Shown in pieces: positions 29,636 to 38,739 of a DNA stretch of 64,000 nucleotides. The notes below the pieces were generated by a model, which worked only from the letters and a program-made list of their open reading frames with translations, made no database searches and was not told the origin of the DNA. The position numbers and the translations under genes were made by a program. Each line of letters begins with the position of its first letter. The stretch's first letter is position 1. Source of the stretch: Candidatus Cloacimonadota bacterium (GTDB lineage: Bacteria > Cloacimonadota > Cloacimonadia > G963667145); the NCBI GenBank assembly GCA_963676615.1, contig OY781092.1, positions 1,312,001 to 1,376,000 of the forward strand, written 5' to 3'.

Positions 29636-30451
29636 ATGAAAGACAGTTTAAAGTTAGGATTCAAGGCGAGCGACAAAGATGTGACCATTATCGAAGTCGG
29701 CGGTGTCAAAATCGGCAAAGATTTCGTTTTGATGGCAGGTCCCTGCGCAGTGGAATCGCTGGAGCAGACAGTAGAAACCGCCAAAATGGTAAAGGCCGCT
29801 GGCGCAAACTTTCTTCGTGGCGGAGCTTTCAAACCCCGCACCTCCCCTTACGATTTCCAAGGTCTAGGACTCGAGGGCTTAAAAATCCTCGAAGAAGCCA
29901 AAAAAGAGACGGGACTGCCCATCGTTTCCGAGGTCATCGACCCGCGCGATGTCAACTGGATTTGCCAGTATGTCGATATTTTACAAGTCGGAGCGCGCAA
30001 TATGCAAAACTTCTCGCTGCTCAAAGAGATCGGCAAATCGAAAAAGCCCGTAATCCTCAAACGAGGAATGTACTCCACGCTCAAAGAGTGGCTCAACTGC
30101 GCCGAATACATCCTCTCGGAAGGCAACCCCAATGTCATCTTGTGCGAGCGCGGCATCCGAACTTTCGAGACCTACACCCGCAACACACTTGACCTGAGCA
30201 TCGTGCCGGCTGCCAAAGAAAACTCACACCTGCCGATAATCGTCGATCCATCGCACGCAACGGGCAAACTTTCGCTCATCGAACCAATGGCGATGGCTGC
30301 TCTCACCGCTGGCGCCGACGGACTCATCATCGAAGCTCACATAGAGCCATCTTGCGCCCTTTGCGACGGTCCGCAACAACTCGACGGCAAAATGTTTCCA
30401 CCGTTTGCCAAAAAAATGAAAAAGCTACACACCCTGCTTAACCAGCTGTAA
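29636..30451 (+). CDS. aroF: 3-deoxy-7-phosphoheptulonate (DAHP) synthase, type I-beta, without a regulatory domain
   Basis: AGPCAVES, RGGAFKPRTSPY, GARNMQN, CERGIRTF, DPSH. Confidence 0.95.
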   Translation: MKDSLKLGFKASDKDVTIIEVGGVKIGKDFVLMAGPCAVESLEQTVETAKMVKAAGANFLRGGAFKPRTSPYDFQGLGLEGLKILEEAKKETGLPIVSEVIDPRDVNWICQYVDILQVGARNMQNFSLLKEIGKSKKPVILKRGMYSTLKEWLNCAEYILSEGNPNVILCERGIRTFETYTRNTLDLSIVPAAKENSHLPIIVDPSHATGKLSLIEPMAMAALTAGADGLIIEAHIEPSCALCDGPQQLDGKMFPPFAKKMKKLHTLLNQL

Positions 30452-30470
30452 AAACAGGAACTTATCGCTT

Positions 30471-31541
30471 ATGAAAAACCAAGACGAACTAGTCAAACTT
30501 CGCCAAAAAATCGACTCCATCGACAAGCAAATCCTCAATCTTTTCAACCAAAGAATGGAGGCAGCCGTCAGGACGACAAAATACAAAAAATCGATCAAAG
30601 ACCAAGGCAGAGAAAAAGCGATTTTGGAGAAAGTCGCCAACTCGGGCTACACCCTGCTAGACAAAGATTTTGCGCAAGACATCTACAAAACAGTCATCCA
30701 GCACAGCTGCAAACTGCAAGAAAAAAACCTTGCCACCATCGCCTTTCAGGGCGTGCACGGTGCATACAGCCAAATCGCTGCTAGCAAATGGGATAGCTCG
30801 CTCGTGAGCCTGCCCTGCGAAAGCTTTGTCGAGATATTCGACGGCATCCAAAAAGAGATTTACGACTACGGAATCGTGCCCATAGAAAACAACCTCGGCG
30901 GCGTTGTCGGGGGCATCAACGCCCTTTTGCTCTGCCACGACCAAATAAAAATCATCGGCAGCCTAAACTTGCCCATCGAGCACTGCCTGCTTTGCCCAGA
31001 AGGGACGAACTACCGCGACATCAAATGCGTCTATTCGCACTATCAGGCGCTGGCGCAATGCAGCAACTTCATCTCCGAGCTAAACCTTGCCAGCCATCGC
31101 TATTTCGACACCGCAGGAGCCGCCAAAATGCTCAGCGAAAAAAATCTCGACTCTGCAGCCGCCATTGCCAGTGGACTCGCTGGCGAATACTACGGGCTGC
31201 AAGTAGTCAAAAAAAACATCGAAAACATCCCCCACAATCGCACGCGCTTCATCGTAATCGGCAAAAACAAAAAAAGCGACCACCCAAATTGCTGCTCTAT
31301 CGTCTTTTCCTGCAAGCACTCCGTGGGAGCTTTGGGCGACCTAATCAAGATTTTTGCCAAAAACAAAATCAACTTAACACGCCTAGAATCTTTTTATCCC
31401 GGAGACGGCGGACTCAAATTTTTCGCCGATTTCCAGATTCCAGACGAAGCCGAAATAATGGACAAACTTTTCGAAGATTTCGCCGCAAAAAAACAAGAAC
31501 TAAAAATTTTAGGAAAATACAAGGAATTAAAAGAAAAATGA
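30471..31541 (+). CDS. pheA: Bifunctional chorismate mutase / prephenate dehydratase
   Basis: AroQ N-terminus (LRQKIDSID), FQGVHGAYS, PIEN, SHYQALAQC, NRTRF, ACT domain. Confidence 0.92.
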   Translation: MKNQDELVKLRQKIDSIDKQILNLFNQRMEAAVRTTKYKKSIKDQGREKAILEKVANSGYTLLDKDFAQDIYKTVIQHSCKLQEKNLATIAFQGVHGAYSQIAASKWDSSLVSLPCESFVEIFDGIQKEIYDYGIVPIENNLGGVVGGINALLLCHDQIKIIGSLNLPIEHCLLCPEGTNYRDIKCVYSHYQALAQCSNFISELNLASHRYFDTAGAAKMLSEKNLDSAAAIASGLAGEYYGLQVVKKNIENIPHNRTRFIVIGKNKKSDHPNCCSIVFSCKHSVGALGDLIKIFAKNKINLTRLESFYPGDGGLKFFADFQIPDEAEIMDKLFEDFAAKKQELKILGKYKELKEK

Positions 31542-32314
31542 AAATCGTCGTTTTAGGCGCTGGTCATATGGGTTCGTGGATATCCGATGAGCTGGCCGCC
31601 GAGCATCAGACCTGGGTATTCGACCCAAACCAAAACAGCCTTGCCAACATCAAAAAAGCAACGCCAATCTCCGATATGCAAAAAATCAAGGAAATTCAGC
31701 CCGAAATGCTGATCAACGCCGTGAGTTTGCCCAAAACAAAAGAAGCGTTTCTCGCGGTAATGCCGCTGCTGTCAAAAAGCTGTCTGCTGTGCGATTTGAC
31801 CTCGGTAAAAGGCGAACTAAGCAAATTTTATCAAGAAGCGGGCTTCGATTTCGTCTCGATTCACCCGATGTTTGGTCCCACTTTTGCCAATGTCGAAAAC
31901 CTCTCCGACGAGAACATCATCATCATTAGCGAGTCTTGCCAAAAAGGAAAAGATTTTTTCGAAAAACTGGCGAAAAAGCTCAAGCTAAAAATCTTCCACT
32001 ACACATTTGCGCAACACGACGAAGAGGTCGCCTACTCGCTGGGCGTGCCATTCTCTGCCTCGCTGGTGTTCGCCTCCTGCGTCTGCCAAACGGACGCTCC
32101 CGGCACAACACACCGCAAACATATGGAGACAGCCAGAGGCGTTTTGAGCGAAGACGACTACCTGCTTTCCGAGATTTTATTCAACCCAAAAGTAATCCCC
32201 CAAATCGAAAAAATCAACTCCAAACTGTCCTACCTGACGCACATCATCAAGAGCCGCAACACCGAAATAATGAAAGAATTTTTGAACGAGCTGCGCCAAA
32301 ACATCAAGCTATGA
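31538..32314 (+). CDS. tyrA: Prephenate dehydrogenase
   Basis: GAGHMG Rossmann fold, DLTSVK, HPMFGP, QHD. ATG 31538 overlaps the pheA stop. Confidence 0.88.
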   Translation: MKIVVLGAGHMGSWISDELAAEHQTWVFDPNQNSLANIKKATPISDMQKIKEIQPEMLINAVSLPKTKEAFLAVMPLLSKSCLLCDLTSVKGELSKFYQEAGFDFVSIHPMFGPTFANVENLSDENIIIISESCQKGKDFFEKLAKKLKLKIFHYTFAQHDEEVAYSLGVPFSASLVFASCVCQTDAPGTTHRKHMETARGVLSEDDYLLSEILFNPKVIPQIEKINSKLSYLTHIIKSRNTEIMKEFLNELRQNIKL

Positions 32315-33399
32315 AGCAACTTACGCTGGAAATACCCGCAAAGCCGAAACTCTCGCAAATAAATTTTTGGGAAGATTTTCCGCCCGTTGAAAAAAAACAG
32401 ACGAGCAAAAATCCGCAAGTAATCATCACCGACAGCAACCTACACAAGCACTACAAAAGCTGGCTAGAAGCGAACTTCTCGGCGGCGCTTGTCTATATCA
32501 TCGAGCCTGGCGAAAAAAGCAAAAGTCGCAAAACGAAAGCCGAAATTGAAGATTTGCTCTTGCAAAAAAATTACCCGCGCAACACCGAAATAATCGCTTT
32601 CGGCGGAGGAGTCGTCGGAGATTTGGCAGGCTACATCGCCGCTACCTACAAGCGCGGCGTCCGCTTCTTGCAAATCCCCACATCACTTTTGGCGATGGTC
32701 GATTCCAGCGTCGGCGGCAAAACCGCAGTTAACACGCCATTTGGTAAAAATCTCATCGGCGCTTTTTGGCAGCCCGCAAAAGTGGACATCGCCCCGAAAT
32801 TCCTCGACACGCTGGACGACGAGCAATTTATGAGCGGACTCGCCGAAGTTATCAAAATGGCGGCAACTTTCGACACTCAATTCTTTCGATTTATTCAGGA
32901 AAATCGCCAAAAAATCTTGGCGAAAGAGCAAGCGGCGATTATGCACATCATCCAAAAAGCTATCCAGAAAAAAGCCGAAATCGTCCAAGAAGACGAGACC
33001 GAGCAAGGCGTGCGGGCGCTGCTCAACTTTGGGCACACCGCAGCGCACAGCATCGAGACCGCCTCCAAGCACAAAATCGTCCACGGCAAAGCTGTGGCTA
33101 TCGGCATCGCTATCGAATCGATTTTGGCGTGGCAAAACGGACATCTGCCCGCTCCAGAATTAGAAAAAATCTTGCAACTTTTGGCGCAATTGGGCTACCT
33201 TTTGCCGCTGTCCTATTCCGCCGAAAAACTTATCGGCATTATGCAAAACGACAAAAAAAACAAAGACGGCAAAATCTATTTCGTCTGCCTGTGCGCCGTC
33301 GGCAAAGCCAAAAGCGAGCTGCTGTCCTTCAACCAGCAAGCCATCGAGCAAGCCTTAAAATACTATCAAGATTATGCTAGCAATCACGCCAAAATCTAA
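32311..33399 (+). CDS. aroB: 3-dehydroquinate synthase
   Basis: GEKSKS, GGGVVGDL, PTSLLAMVDSSVGGKT, KNLIGAF, LNFGHT, HG.AVAIG. ATGA overlap with tyrA. Confidence 0.95.
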   Translation: MKQLTLEIPAKPKLSQINFWEDFPPVEKKQTSKNPQVIITDSNLHKHYKSWLEANFSAALVYIIEPGEKSKSRKTKAEIEDLLLQKNYPRNTEIIAFGGGVVGDLAGYIAATYKRGVRFLQIPTSLLAMVDSSVGGKTAVNTPFGKNLIGAFWQPAKVDIAPKFLDTLDDEQFMSGLAEVIKMAATFDTQFFRFIQENRQKILAKEQAAIMHIIQKAIQKKAEIVQEDETEQGVRALLNFGHTAAHSIETASKHKIVHGKAVAIGIAIESILAWQNGHLPAPELEKILQLLAQLGYLLPLSYSAEKLIGIMQNDKKNKDGKIYFVCLCAVGKAKSELLSFNQQAIEQALKYYQDYASNHAKI

Positions 33400-34633
33400 A
33401 GCTCAGCTCGGCGAAATTTTGCGAAATCCTGCTATCCCGGGAAGCAAATACGAAGCCGTGCGTCTGCTATTTTTGGCGGCTCTGAGCAGCGGAACAACAA
33501 CGCTCAAGGAGCTGCCCGAAGCACAAGACATCAAAGACGCAATCTCGGCGTTGCAAAATTTGGGCATCGACATCAAAATCGCTGGAAACACCGCCACGAT
33601 AGAAGGCTCAAGCGGAAAATTCACTCCCCGAAAAAGCGAAGTGCACCTAGGAAAATCGGGCACTTTAGCCCGCTTCATCATTCCTTTTATCGCCTTGCAA
33701 AATAAGGCAGTTAAAGTAAACGCCGACCCACAACTTTGCGCTCGCCCAATGCAAGAGATTTTTTCTGCTCTCAGCCAAAAAGGCGTGCAAATCAACTCAA
33801 CCAGCGGACACCTGCCAGCCACAATCAAAGGCGGCAACCTCCACGGAAAAAAAATCTGCGTTGACGCCTCTCGCAGCAGCCAGTTCCTCAGCGGACTCCT
33901 GCTCGTTGCACCCGTGACAAACCTGCAAATCTGCACCAGCGAAAAAGTCGTCTCCCAAACTTTCGTCGAGCTGACCCTAAACTTAATGCAAAAATTCGGC
34001 GCGATTTGGAAAAAAGAAAAAAACTGCTACAGCTTCGCCACCGCAGGCTATCAATCCCGAGAATATCAAATCCCAGCCGACTGGTCGTCCGCGAGCTACT
34101 TTTTGGCGCTCTCCGCCATCACGGGCGTGCCTTGCACGATAAACAATCTCGACCTCGATAGCAAACAGGGCGAAGCCAGATTTTACCAAATTTTGCAAAA
34201 AATGGGCTGTCCCATCGAAAAAAAAGACAACGCTCTTGTCGTGGGAAAATGCACCGAATTGCAAGGCGTCTGCGAAGATTTGAACGCAATGCCCGACATC
34301 GTGCCGACTTTGGCGGCAATCGCCACCTTGGCAAAAAGCAAAACGACCATCTCCAACATCGAGCATCTGCGCTACAAAGAGTGCGACCGCCTGAGCCTGA
34401 TTGTGCAGGAGATTAACAACATCGGCGGCAAGGCAGAAGCCCAGCAAGACAAGATGATCATCTATCCGCAAAAGCCAACTGCGGGCATCGTTGATCCGCA
34501 CGACGACCACCGCCTAGCGATGAGTTTCGCGCTGCTGGCGCTGGCTGGCAATCCCCTAAAAATCAAAAACCCCGACTGCGTGAACAAATCTTTTTCGAAC
34601 TTTTGGAAAACAATGCGCATCCACAAATCGTAA
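33374..34633 (+). CDS. aroA: 3-phosphoshikimate 1-carboxyvinyltransferase (EPSP synthase)
   Basis: IPGSK, SGTLARF, SSQFLSGLL, DWSSASYF, LRYKECDRL, DDHRLAM, VNKSF. Confidence 0.93.
   Translation: MLAITPKSKAQLGEILRNPAIPGSKYEAVRLLFLAALSSGTTTLKELPEAQDIKDAISALQNLGIDIKIAGNTATIEGSSGKFTPRKSEVHLGKSGTLARFIIPFIALQNKAVKVNADPQLCARPMQEIFSALSQKGVQINSTSGHLPATIKGGNLHGKKICVDASRSSQFLSGLLLVAPVTNLQICTSEKVVSQTFVELTLNLMQKFGAIWKKEKNCYSFATAGYQSREYQIPADWSSASYFLALSAITGVPCTINNLDLDSKQGEARFYQILQKMGCPIEKKDNALVVGKCTELQGVCEDLNAMPDIVPTLAAIATLAKSKTTISNIEHLRYKECDRLSLIVQEINNIGGKAEAQQDKMIIYPQKPTAGIVDPHDDHRLAMSFALLALAGNPLKIKNPDCVNKSFSNFWKTMRIHKS
34601..34633 (+). repeat. 33-bp direct repeat, copy 1 (last 11 codons of aroA, including the stop)
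   Basis: ttttggaaaacaatgcgcatccacaaatcgtaa; 32/33 identical to 35302-35334. Confidence 0.95.
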
Positions 34634-34654
34634 GCTAGCAAACAATCGGGAAAT

Positions 34655-34972
34655 TCAAGCAGTTTCAGCCGACCTTTTCAGTACATACTTGTGCAAGATA
34701 GAGCCAATCAAAGTTTGATAAGGAATCCCCTCGAGAGCAGCCTCCTCCCTGATTTTGTCCACATCATCGATAAACAATCGAATGCTATAAGCCTTTTTTA
34801 TCCTTCTCTTTCCAACAGTATTTTTCGCCGCCTCTCTCATTTTAGCCATCAAATCGTCTTTTCGCTTACCCTGGACAGGCTGCCACTCATCATTTTCAAG
34901 GCTCTCCATCACCTTCCGCTCATAATCGTCCATAGGCTTATCATACTTTTCTTTCAACTCTTTATCCGTCAT
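34655..34972 (-). CDS. BrnA/CopG-like antitoxin
   Basis: C-terminal RHH-like motif YSIRL..DVDKIREEAALEGIPYQTLIGSILHKY; overlaps the toxin stop. Confidence 0.8.
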   Translation of the reverse strand: MTDKELKEKYDKPMDDYERKVMESLENDEWQPVQGKRKDDLMAKMREAAKNTVGKRRIKKAYSIRLFIDDVDKIREEAALEGIPYQTLIGSILHKYVLKRSAETA

Positions 34973-35247
34973 AACTCCCCCTTCAAATACTTTTTGGTCA
35001 TTTTTCTGCTTTTAAAAACAGTAATCAAATAAAAATAATCGCCCTTATCAATCAACGGCACGCAATATATATAATCGCTATACCAAATAATCATCATTTC
35101 CTGATGAGAATATTCGTCATTTTTTTGCTCCTGAAAATCAACAAAAACCCCGCTATTAAAAGCATCTACTATCTCCTCAAAAGAGATTCCCCTTTCTTCT
35201 ATGAGCTTTTTATTTTTCTCTTCGTTCCACTTAAAAATCATAACCAA
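34969..35247 (-). CDS. BrnT-family toxin
   Basis: FKWNEEKNKKL.EERGISFEEI, Y.HQ, LITVFKSRK; toxin-first gene order. Confidence 0.82.
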   Translation of the reverse strand: MVMIFKWNEEKNKKLIEERGISFEEIVDAFNSGVFVDFQEQKNDEYSHQEMMIIWYSDYIYCVPLIDKGDYFYLITVFKSRKMTKKYLKGEL

Positions 35248-35260
35248 TCCTCACGACACC

Positions 35261-35288
35261 AACATAAGTCCTGTATATACACTGTCAA
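35261..35288 (-). promoter_or_regulatory. Sigma-70-type promoter of the TA operon with a palindromic operator
   Basis: Minus strand TTGACA (35288-35283), 16-nt spacer, TATGTT (35266-35261). The spacer holds the perfect palindrome TGTATATACA (35272-35281). Confidence 0.65.
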
Positions 35289-35301
35289 CTTTTTTGAGAT
35301 T

Positions 35302-35334
35302 TTTTGGAAAACGATGCGCATCCACAAATCGTAA
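35302..35334 (+). repeat. 33-bp direct repeat, copy 2 (duplicated aroA 3' end)
   Basis: ttttggaaaacgatgcgcatccacaaatcgtaa; one mismatch to 34601-34633. Confidence 0.95.
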
Positions 35335-35417
35335 AATCCCCACAAAAAACACTTTTTGAGTTGACAACTAAATCGCTTAACGAAGAAATTGAGGAAATTA
35401 CAAAATTCGAGGAAAAA

Positions 35418-35492
35418 ATGAATAGAATTCAAACTAGCAGAAATTGGTGGTGGAACTTGCTTGCAGTGCAGGTAAGTTGTTCTATTCTATAA
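35418..35492 (+). CDS. trpL: trp operon leader peptide (MNRIQTSRNWWWNLLAVQVSCSIL)
   Basis: GAGGA RBS, three consecutive TGG codons, immediately upstream of a terminator and trpEG. Confidence 0.9.
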   Translation: MNRIQTSRNWWWNLLAVQVSCSIL

Positions 35493-35550
35493 AAATAGCA
35501 TAACAGCAATTACGATAGCTTGCACTAAAAAAAGTGCAAGCTATTTTTTT
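35454..35550 (+). promoter_or_regulatory. Ribosome-mediated trp transcription attenuator
   Basis: Stem 1:2 aacttgcttgc/gcaggtaagtt (35454-35478). Antiterminator agtgcaggt (35465-35473) can pair with gcttgcact (35518-35526). Terminator atagcttgcact-A6-agtgcaagctat-T6 (35515-35550). Confidence 0.88.
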
Positions 35551-35581
35551 ATGCGCAAAATTTACCAAAAAAGGAGAAAAA

Positions 35582-37735
35582 ATGGAGTATCTAACAAAAG
35601 GCAAAATCAAAATAAGCCGCCAAAAAGAGAAGCTGCAAGCCCACGACGATATCTCTTTTCTCGTCGAGAATTTGGACGCTGGGCGCGGAATGTTCCTCTC
35701 CTCTGGCACAGAGTATCCCGGCAGGTACTCTCGCTGGGAGACCGGATTTGTCGCACCGCCTGTAGAGGTAATCGCCTTTTCCCAAAAGGTCGTGTTCACC
35801 GCTCTAAACTCGAAAGGCGAAAATTTGCTCGAAATTTTTTACCGAATCTTGAGCGAAGGGCAAAACAAGATGTATCGGCTAGAAAAAAACGACAAACAAA
35901 TCGTGGCGAGCATCGTTTTTGCAGGCGGAATCTTTACCGAAGAGCAAAGGAGCAAACAAGCCTCGATACTCACACCAATCCGAGACCTGCTCGGCGCGCT
36001 CAAAAGCAAGCACGACAGCACTTTGGGATTTTATGGCGCTTTCGGATTTGACCTGCTTTTCCAGTTTGAAAAAATCAAGTTCGTCAACAAAAGAGACGCC
36101 TCGCAACCGATTGTGCGGCTGTTTTTTCCCGACAAAATCTACACCTACGACAGAAAAAAGGAAGAAGGATTTTGCCACCGCTACGATTTCTGCTATCAAG
36201 ATATTTCGGCAGAACGCTTTGCCGACAAGCCTTTGGTTTTGCCAAAAAGTTCCTCGCCAGAAATCTCTTTGGCGCAAAACGCAAAAATCAGATCCAATCT
36301 CAGCGATGCGCAATATGCCGCTTTGGTAGAAAAAGCCAAGCAGAATATGCAGCTGGGCGATATTTTCGAGCTGGTTTTGAGCAGAAAATACAGCGTTCCC
36401 TACGCAAAAAGTTGCGCTGCTCTTTTCCGAAAAATGATCCAAATCAATCCGTCGCCCTATCAATTTTTTTGCCAATTTGGCGACGAGCAGCTCATCGGAA
36501 CATCGCCCGAAATGTTTGTCCGCGTCACCCAAAACGAGGTCGAGTCGTGCCCAATATCTGGCACAATCAAGCGAGGGACAAACCCGCTAGAAGACGCACG
36601 GCAAATCAAGCAGCTGCTAAATTCCGAAAAGGACGAGGTCGAGCTGACGATGTGCACGGATGTCGATCGCAACGACAAATCCAGAGTGTGCAAACCGGGC
36701 AGCATCAAACTGCTGGGCAGGCGACAGATAGAACGCTACAAAGGGCTTTTTCACACCGTTGATCATCTGGTCGGCACACTCCGCGACGACTGCGACGGAA
36801 TCGACGCCTTTTTGTCGCATATGTGGGCTGTCACGCTGATGGGCTCGCCCAAATCAATAGCAGCCCAGCTAATCGAAGAATACGAAAACGAGCCACGCGA
36901 ATACTACGGCGGAGCCATCGGCGCGCTTTTTTGCAACGGCGACATCAACACAGGCATCACCATCCGCACGATTCACCTAAAAGACAAAATCGCCAAATAT
37001 TCCGTCGGCGCAAGCTTAGTTTACGACTCCGTCGGCGAAGAAGAAGCAAAAGAGACCCAGCTAAAATCGGCATCTTTTTTCAACATTTTCAACTCTTCTG
37101 CTATCAAAAAACCAGCAAAAAGCGAAAAAATCGGAAGCGGGCTGAAAGTCGTCGTCATCGACAATCAAGACTCCTTCGTCAACACCCTGGCAGACTACTT
37201 CCGCCAAATAGGAGCGGCGGTCATCACCTATCGTAGCGGCACCAATCTCGAAATTTTGCTCTCCGAAAAACCCGATTTGATTTTGCACTCTCCGGGACCA
37301 AAATTGCCCAAAGATTTTGGAATGCACGAGATTATCGAAAAACTAGCAAAATTGAACATCCCGCAATTCGGCGTTTGCCTTGGTTTACAGGGCATCGTCG
37401 AAACTTTTGGCGGAAATTTGCGTCGCCTAGAGATTCCGCATCAAGGCAAAAAATGGCAAATCACTCACAGCGACCAAAATATTTTTGAAAACCTGCCAAA
37501 CCCGTGCCAAGTGGGCGCTTATCACTCGTGGGTCGCCGACGAAAAAAGCTTTCCCTCGTGCCTTGAAATCACCGCACAAACCAGCCAAGGGCTAATAATG
37601 GGCATCGCGCACAAAACCAAACCGCTCTGGGCTGTGCAATTTCACCCAGAATCGATAATGAGTATGAACTCAGGCGCAGGGCTGCTCTTGATAAAAAATG
37701 TAATTCGTTGCGTAAAAAGGAGTAAAAATTTATGA
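35582..37735 (+). CDS. trpEG: Fused anthranilate synthase TrpE(G)
   Basis: LSSGTEYPGRYSRW, NPSPY, SPEMFV, PISGT, LTMCTDVDRND; GATase domain DSFVNTL, GVCLG, QFHPES. Start ATG 35582 after AAGGAG. Confidence 0.93.
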   Translation: MEYLTKGKIKISRQKEKLQAHDDISFLVENLDAGRGMFLSSGTEYPGRYSRWETGFVAPPVEVIAFSQKVVFTALNSKGENLLEIFYRILSEGQNKMYRLEKNDKQIVASIVFAGGIFTEEQRSKQASILTPIRDLLGALKSKHDSTLGFYGAFGFDLLFQFEKIKFVNKRDASQPIVRLFFPDKIYTYDRKKEEGFCHRYDFCYQDISAERFADKPLVLPKSSSPEISLAQNAKIRSNLSDAQYAALVEKAKQNMQLGDIFELVLSRKYSVPYAKSCAALFRKMIQINPSPYQFFCQFGDEQLIGTSPEMFVRVTQNEVESCPISGTIKRGTNPLEDARQIKQLLNSEKDEVELTMCTDVDRNDKSRVCKPGSIKLLGRRQIERYKGLFHTVDHLVGTLRDDCDGIDAFLSHMWAVTLMGSPKSIAAQLIEEYENEPREYYGGAIGALFCNGDINTGITIRTIHLKDKIAKYSVGASLVYDSVGEEEAKETQLKSASFFNIFNSSAIKKPAKSEKIGSGLKVVVIDNQDSFVNTLADYFRQIGAAVITYRSGTNLEILLSEKPDLILHSPGPKLPKDFGMHEIIEKLAKLNIPQFGVCLGLQGIVETFGGNLRRLEIPHQGKKWQITHSDQNIFENLPNPCQVGAYHSWVADEKSFPSCLEITAQTSQGLIMGIAHKTKPLWAVQFHPESIMSMNSGAGLLLIKNVIRCVKRSKNL

Positions 37736-38739
37736 AAAATATTTTAGCCAAAACTTTTGAAGGAAAATATTTGAACGAGCGGGAAATTTCCACCGCTCTT
37801 TGCCAGATAATCGACGAAAAATGCTCGTCGGAGCAAGCCGCAGCCCTTTTGGGAGCGATATCTTCTCGCGGAGTGCAACCGCAGGAACTCGCCAGTTTCG
37901 CCAAATTTATGCGAAGCAAAAGCAACCCGCTAGACACACAAAATCTGGCGGATTTAATCGATGTATGCGGCACTGGCGGCGATCGAGCGGGAACTTTCAA
38001 CATCTCGACCACCGTCTGCTTTGTCATAGCAGGCGCAGGCTGCCAAGTGGCAAAGCACGGCAACCGCTCCGTCTCCAGCAAAAGCGGCAGCGCCGATGTT
38101 CTGGAAAAATTGGGCGTCGCCACCGATATGCCCAGCGCTCAAATAGCTAACTGCATCAAAACCAACAAGATGGCGTTCATCTTCGCCCCGCTATACCATC
38201 CCAGTATGGCGAAAATCAAAAAAGTGCGCGAAAGCATCGGCGTGCCAACAATTTTCAACCTGCTCGGACCTCTGGTAAATCCCGCAAAGTTGAGCTATCA
38301 GGTCATCGGCGTTTACGAAAAAAGCAAATGCAAACTGATGGCCAGCGCCCTGCTGCACACACCAATCCAAGAGGCGATGGTCGTCTGCGGAGACGGCCGC
38401 CTCGACGAATTTTCCACCACGGGCGACAACCTCGTCTATCACATCAAAAACAAAAAAATCACCGAAAAAATCGTCTCACCCGAAAAACTCGGACTGCAAA
38501 AAGCGAAAATAGAAGACCTCGTCGGCGGCGACGCCCAAAAAAACGCCCAGATAATCTTGGAAATTTTGCAAGGAAAACTCGGCGCCAAACGAGACATTGT
38601 CTTACTAAACGCAGCCGCAGCGCTGATTGTCGCAGGCAAAGCAAAAGATTTCTCCGACGGACTGCAAAAAGCCAGAGCCTCCATCGACTCTGGGCAAGCT
38701 CTAGAAATTTTAAGGAAGTTGCAAAATGTTTCTCGATAA
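37732..38739 (+). CDS. trpD: Anthranilate phosphoribosyltransferase
   Basis: DVCGTGGD, FNIST, KHGNRSVSSKSGSADVLE, TIFNLLGPL. Confidence 0.97.
   Translation: MKNILAKTFEGKYLNEREISTALCQIIDEKCSSEQAAALLGAISSRGVQPQELASFAKFMRSKSNPLDTQNLADLIDVCGTGGDRAGTFNISTTVCFVIAGAGCQVAKHGNRSVSSKSGSADVLEKLGVATDMPSAQIANCIKTNKMAFIFAPLYHPSMAKIKKVRESIGVPTIFNLLGPLVNPAKLSYQVIGVYEKSKCKLMASALLHTPIQEAMVVCGDGRLDEFSTTGDNLVYHIKNKKITEKIVSPEKLGLQKAKIEDLVGGDAQKNAQIILEILQGKLGAKRDIVLLNAAAALIVAGKAKDFSDGLQKARASIDSGQALEILRKLQNVSR

Noticed and set aside
30992..32310. Long N-terminal extensions on tyrA and aroB in the ORF track, suggesting fusions
   Set aside because: They are alternative-frame read-backs over pheA and tyrA; true starts are the ATGA overlaps at 31538 and 32311. 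The same applies to the extended calls for holA, lpxB, DUF116 and the flavodoxin.
35104..35334. 76-aa ORF ending FWKTMRIHKS as an aroA paralogue
   Set aside because: Only the last 10 residues match, because of the 33-bp duplication; the rest is antisense to the toxin gene.
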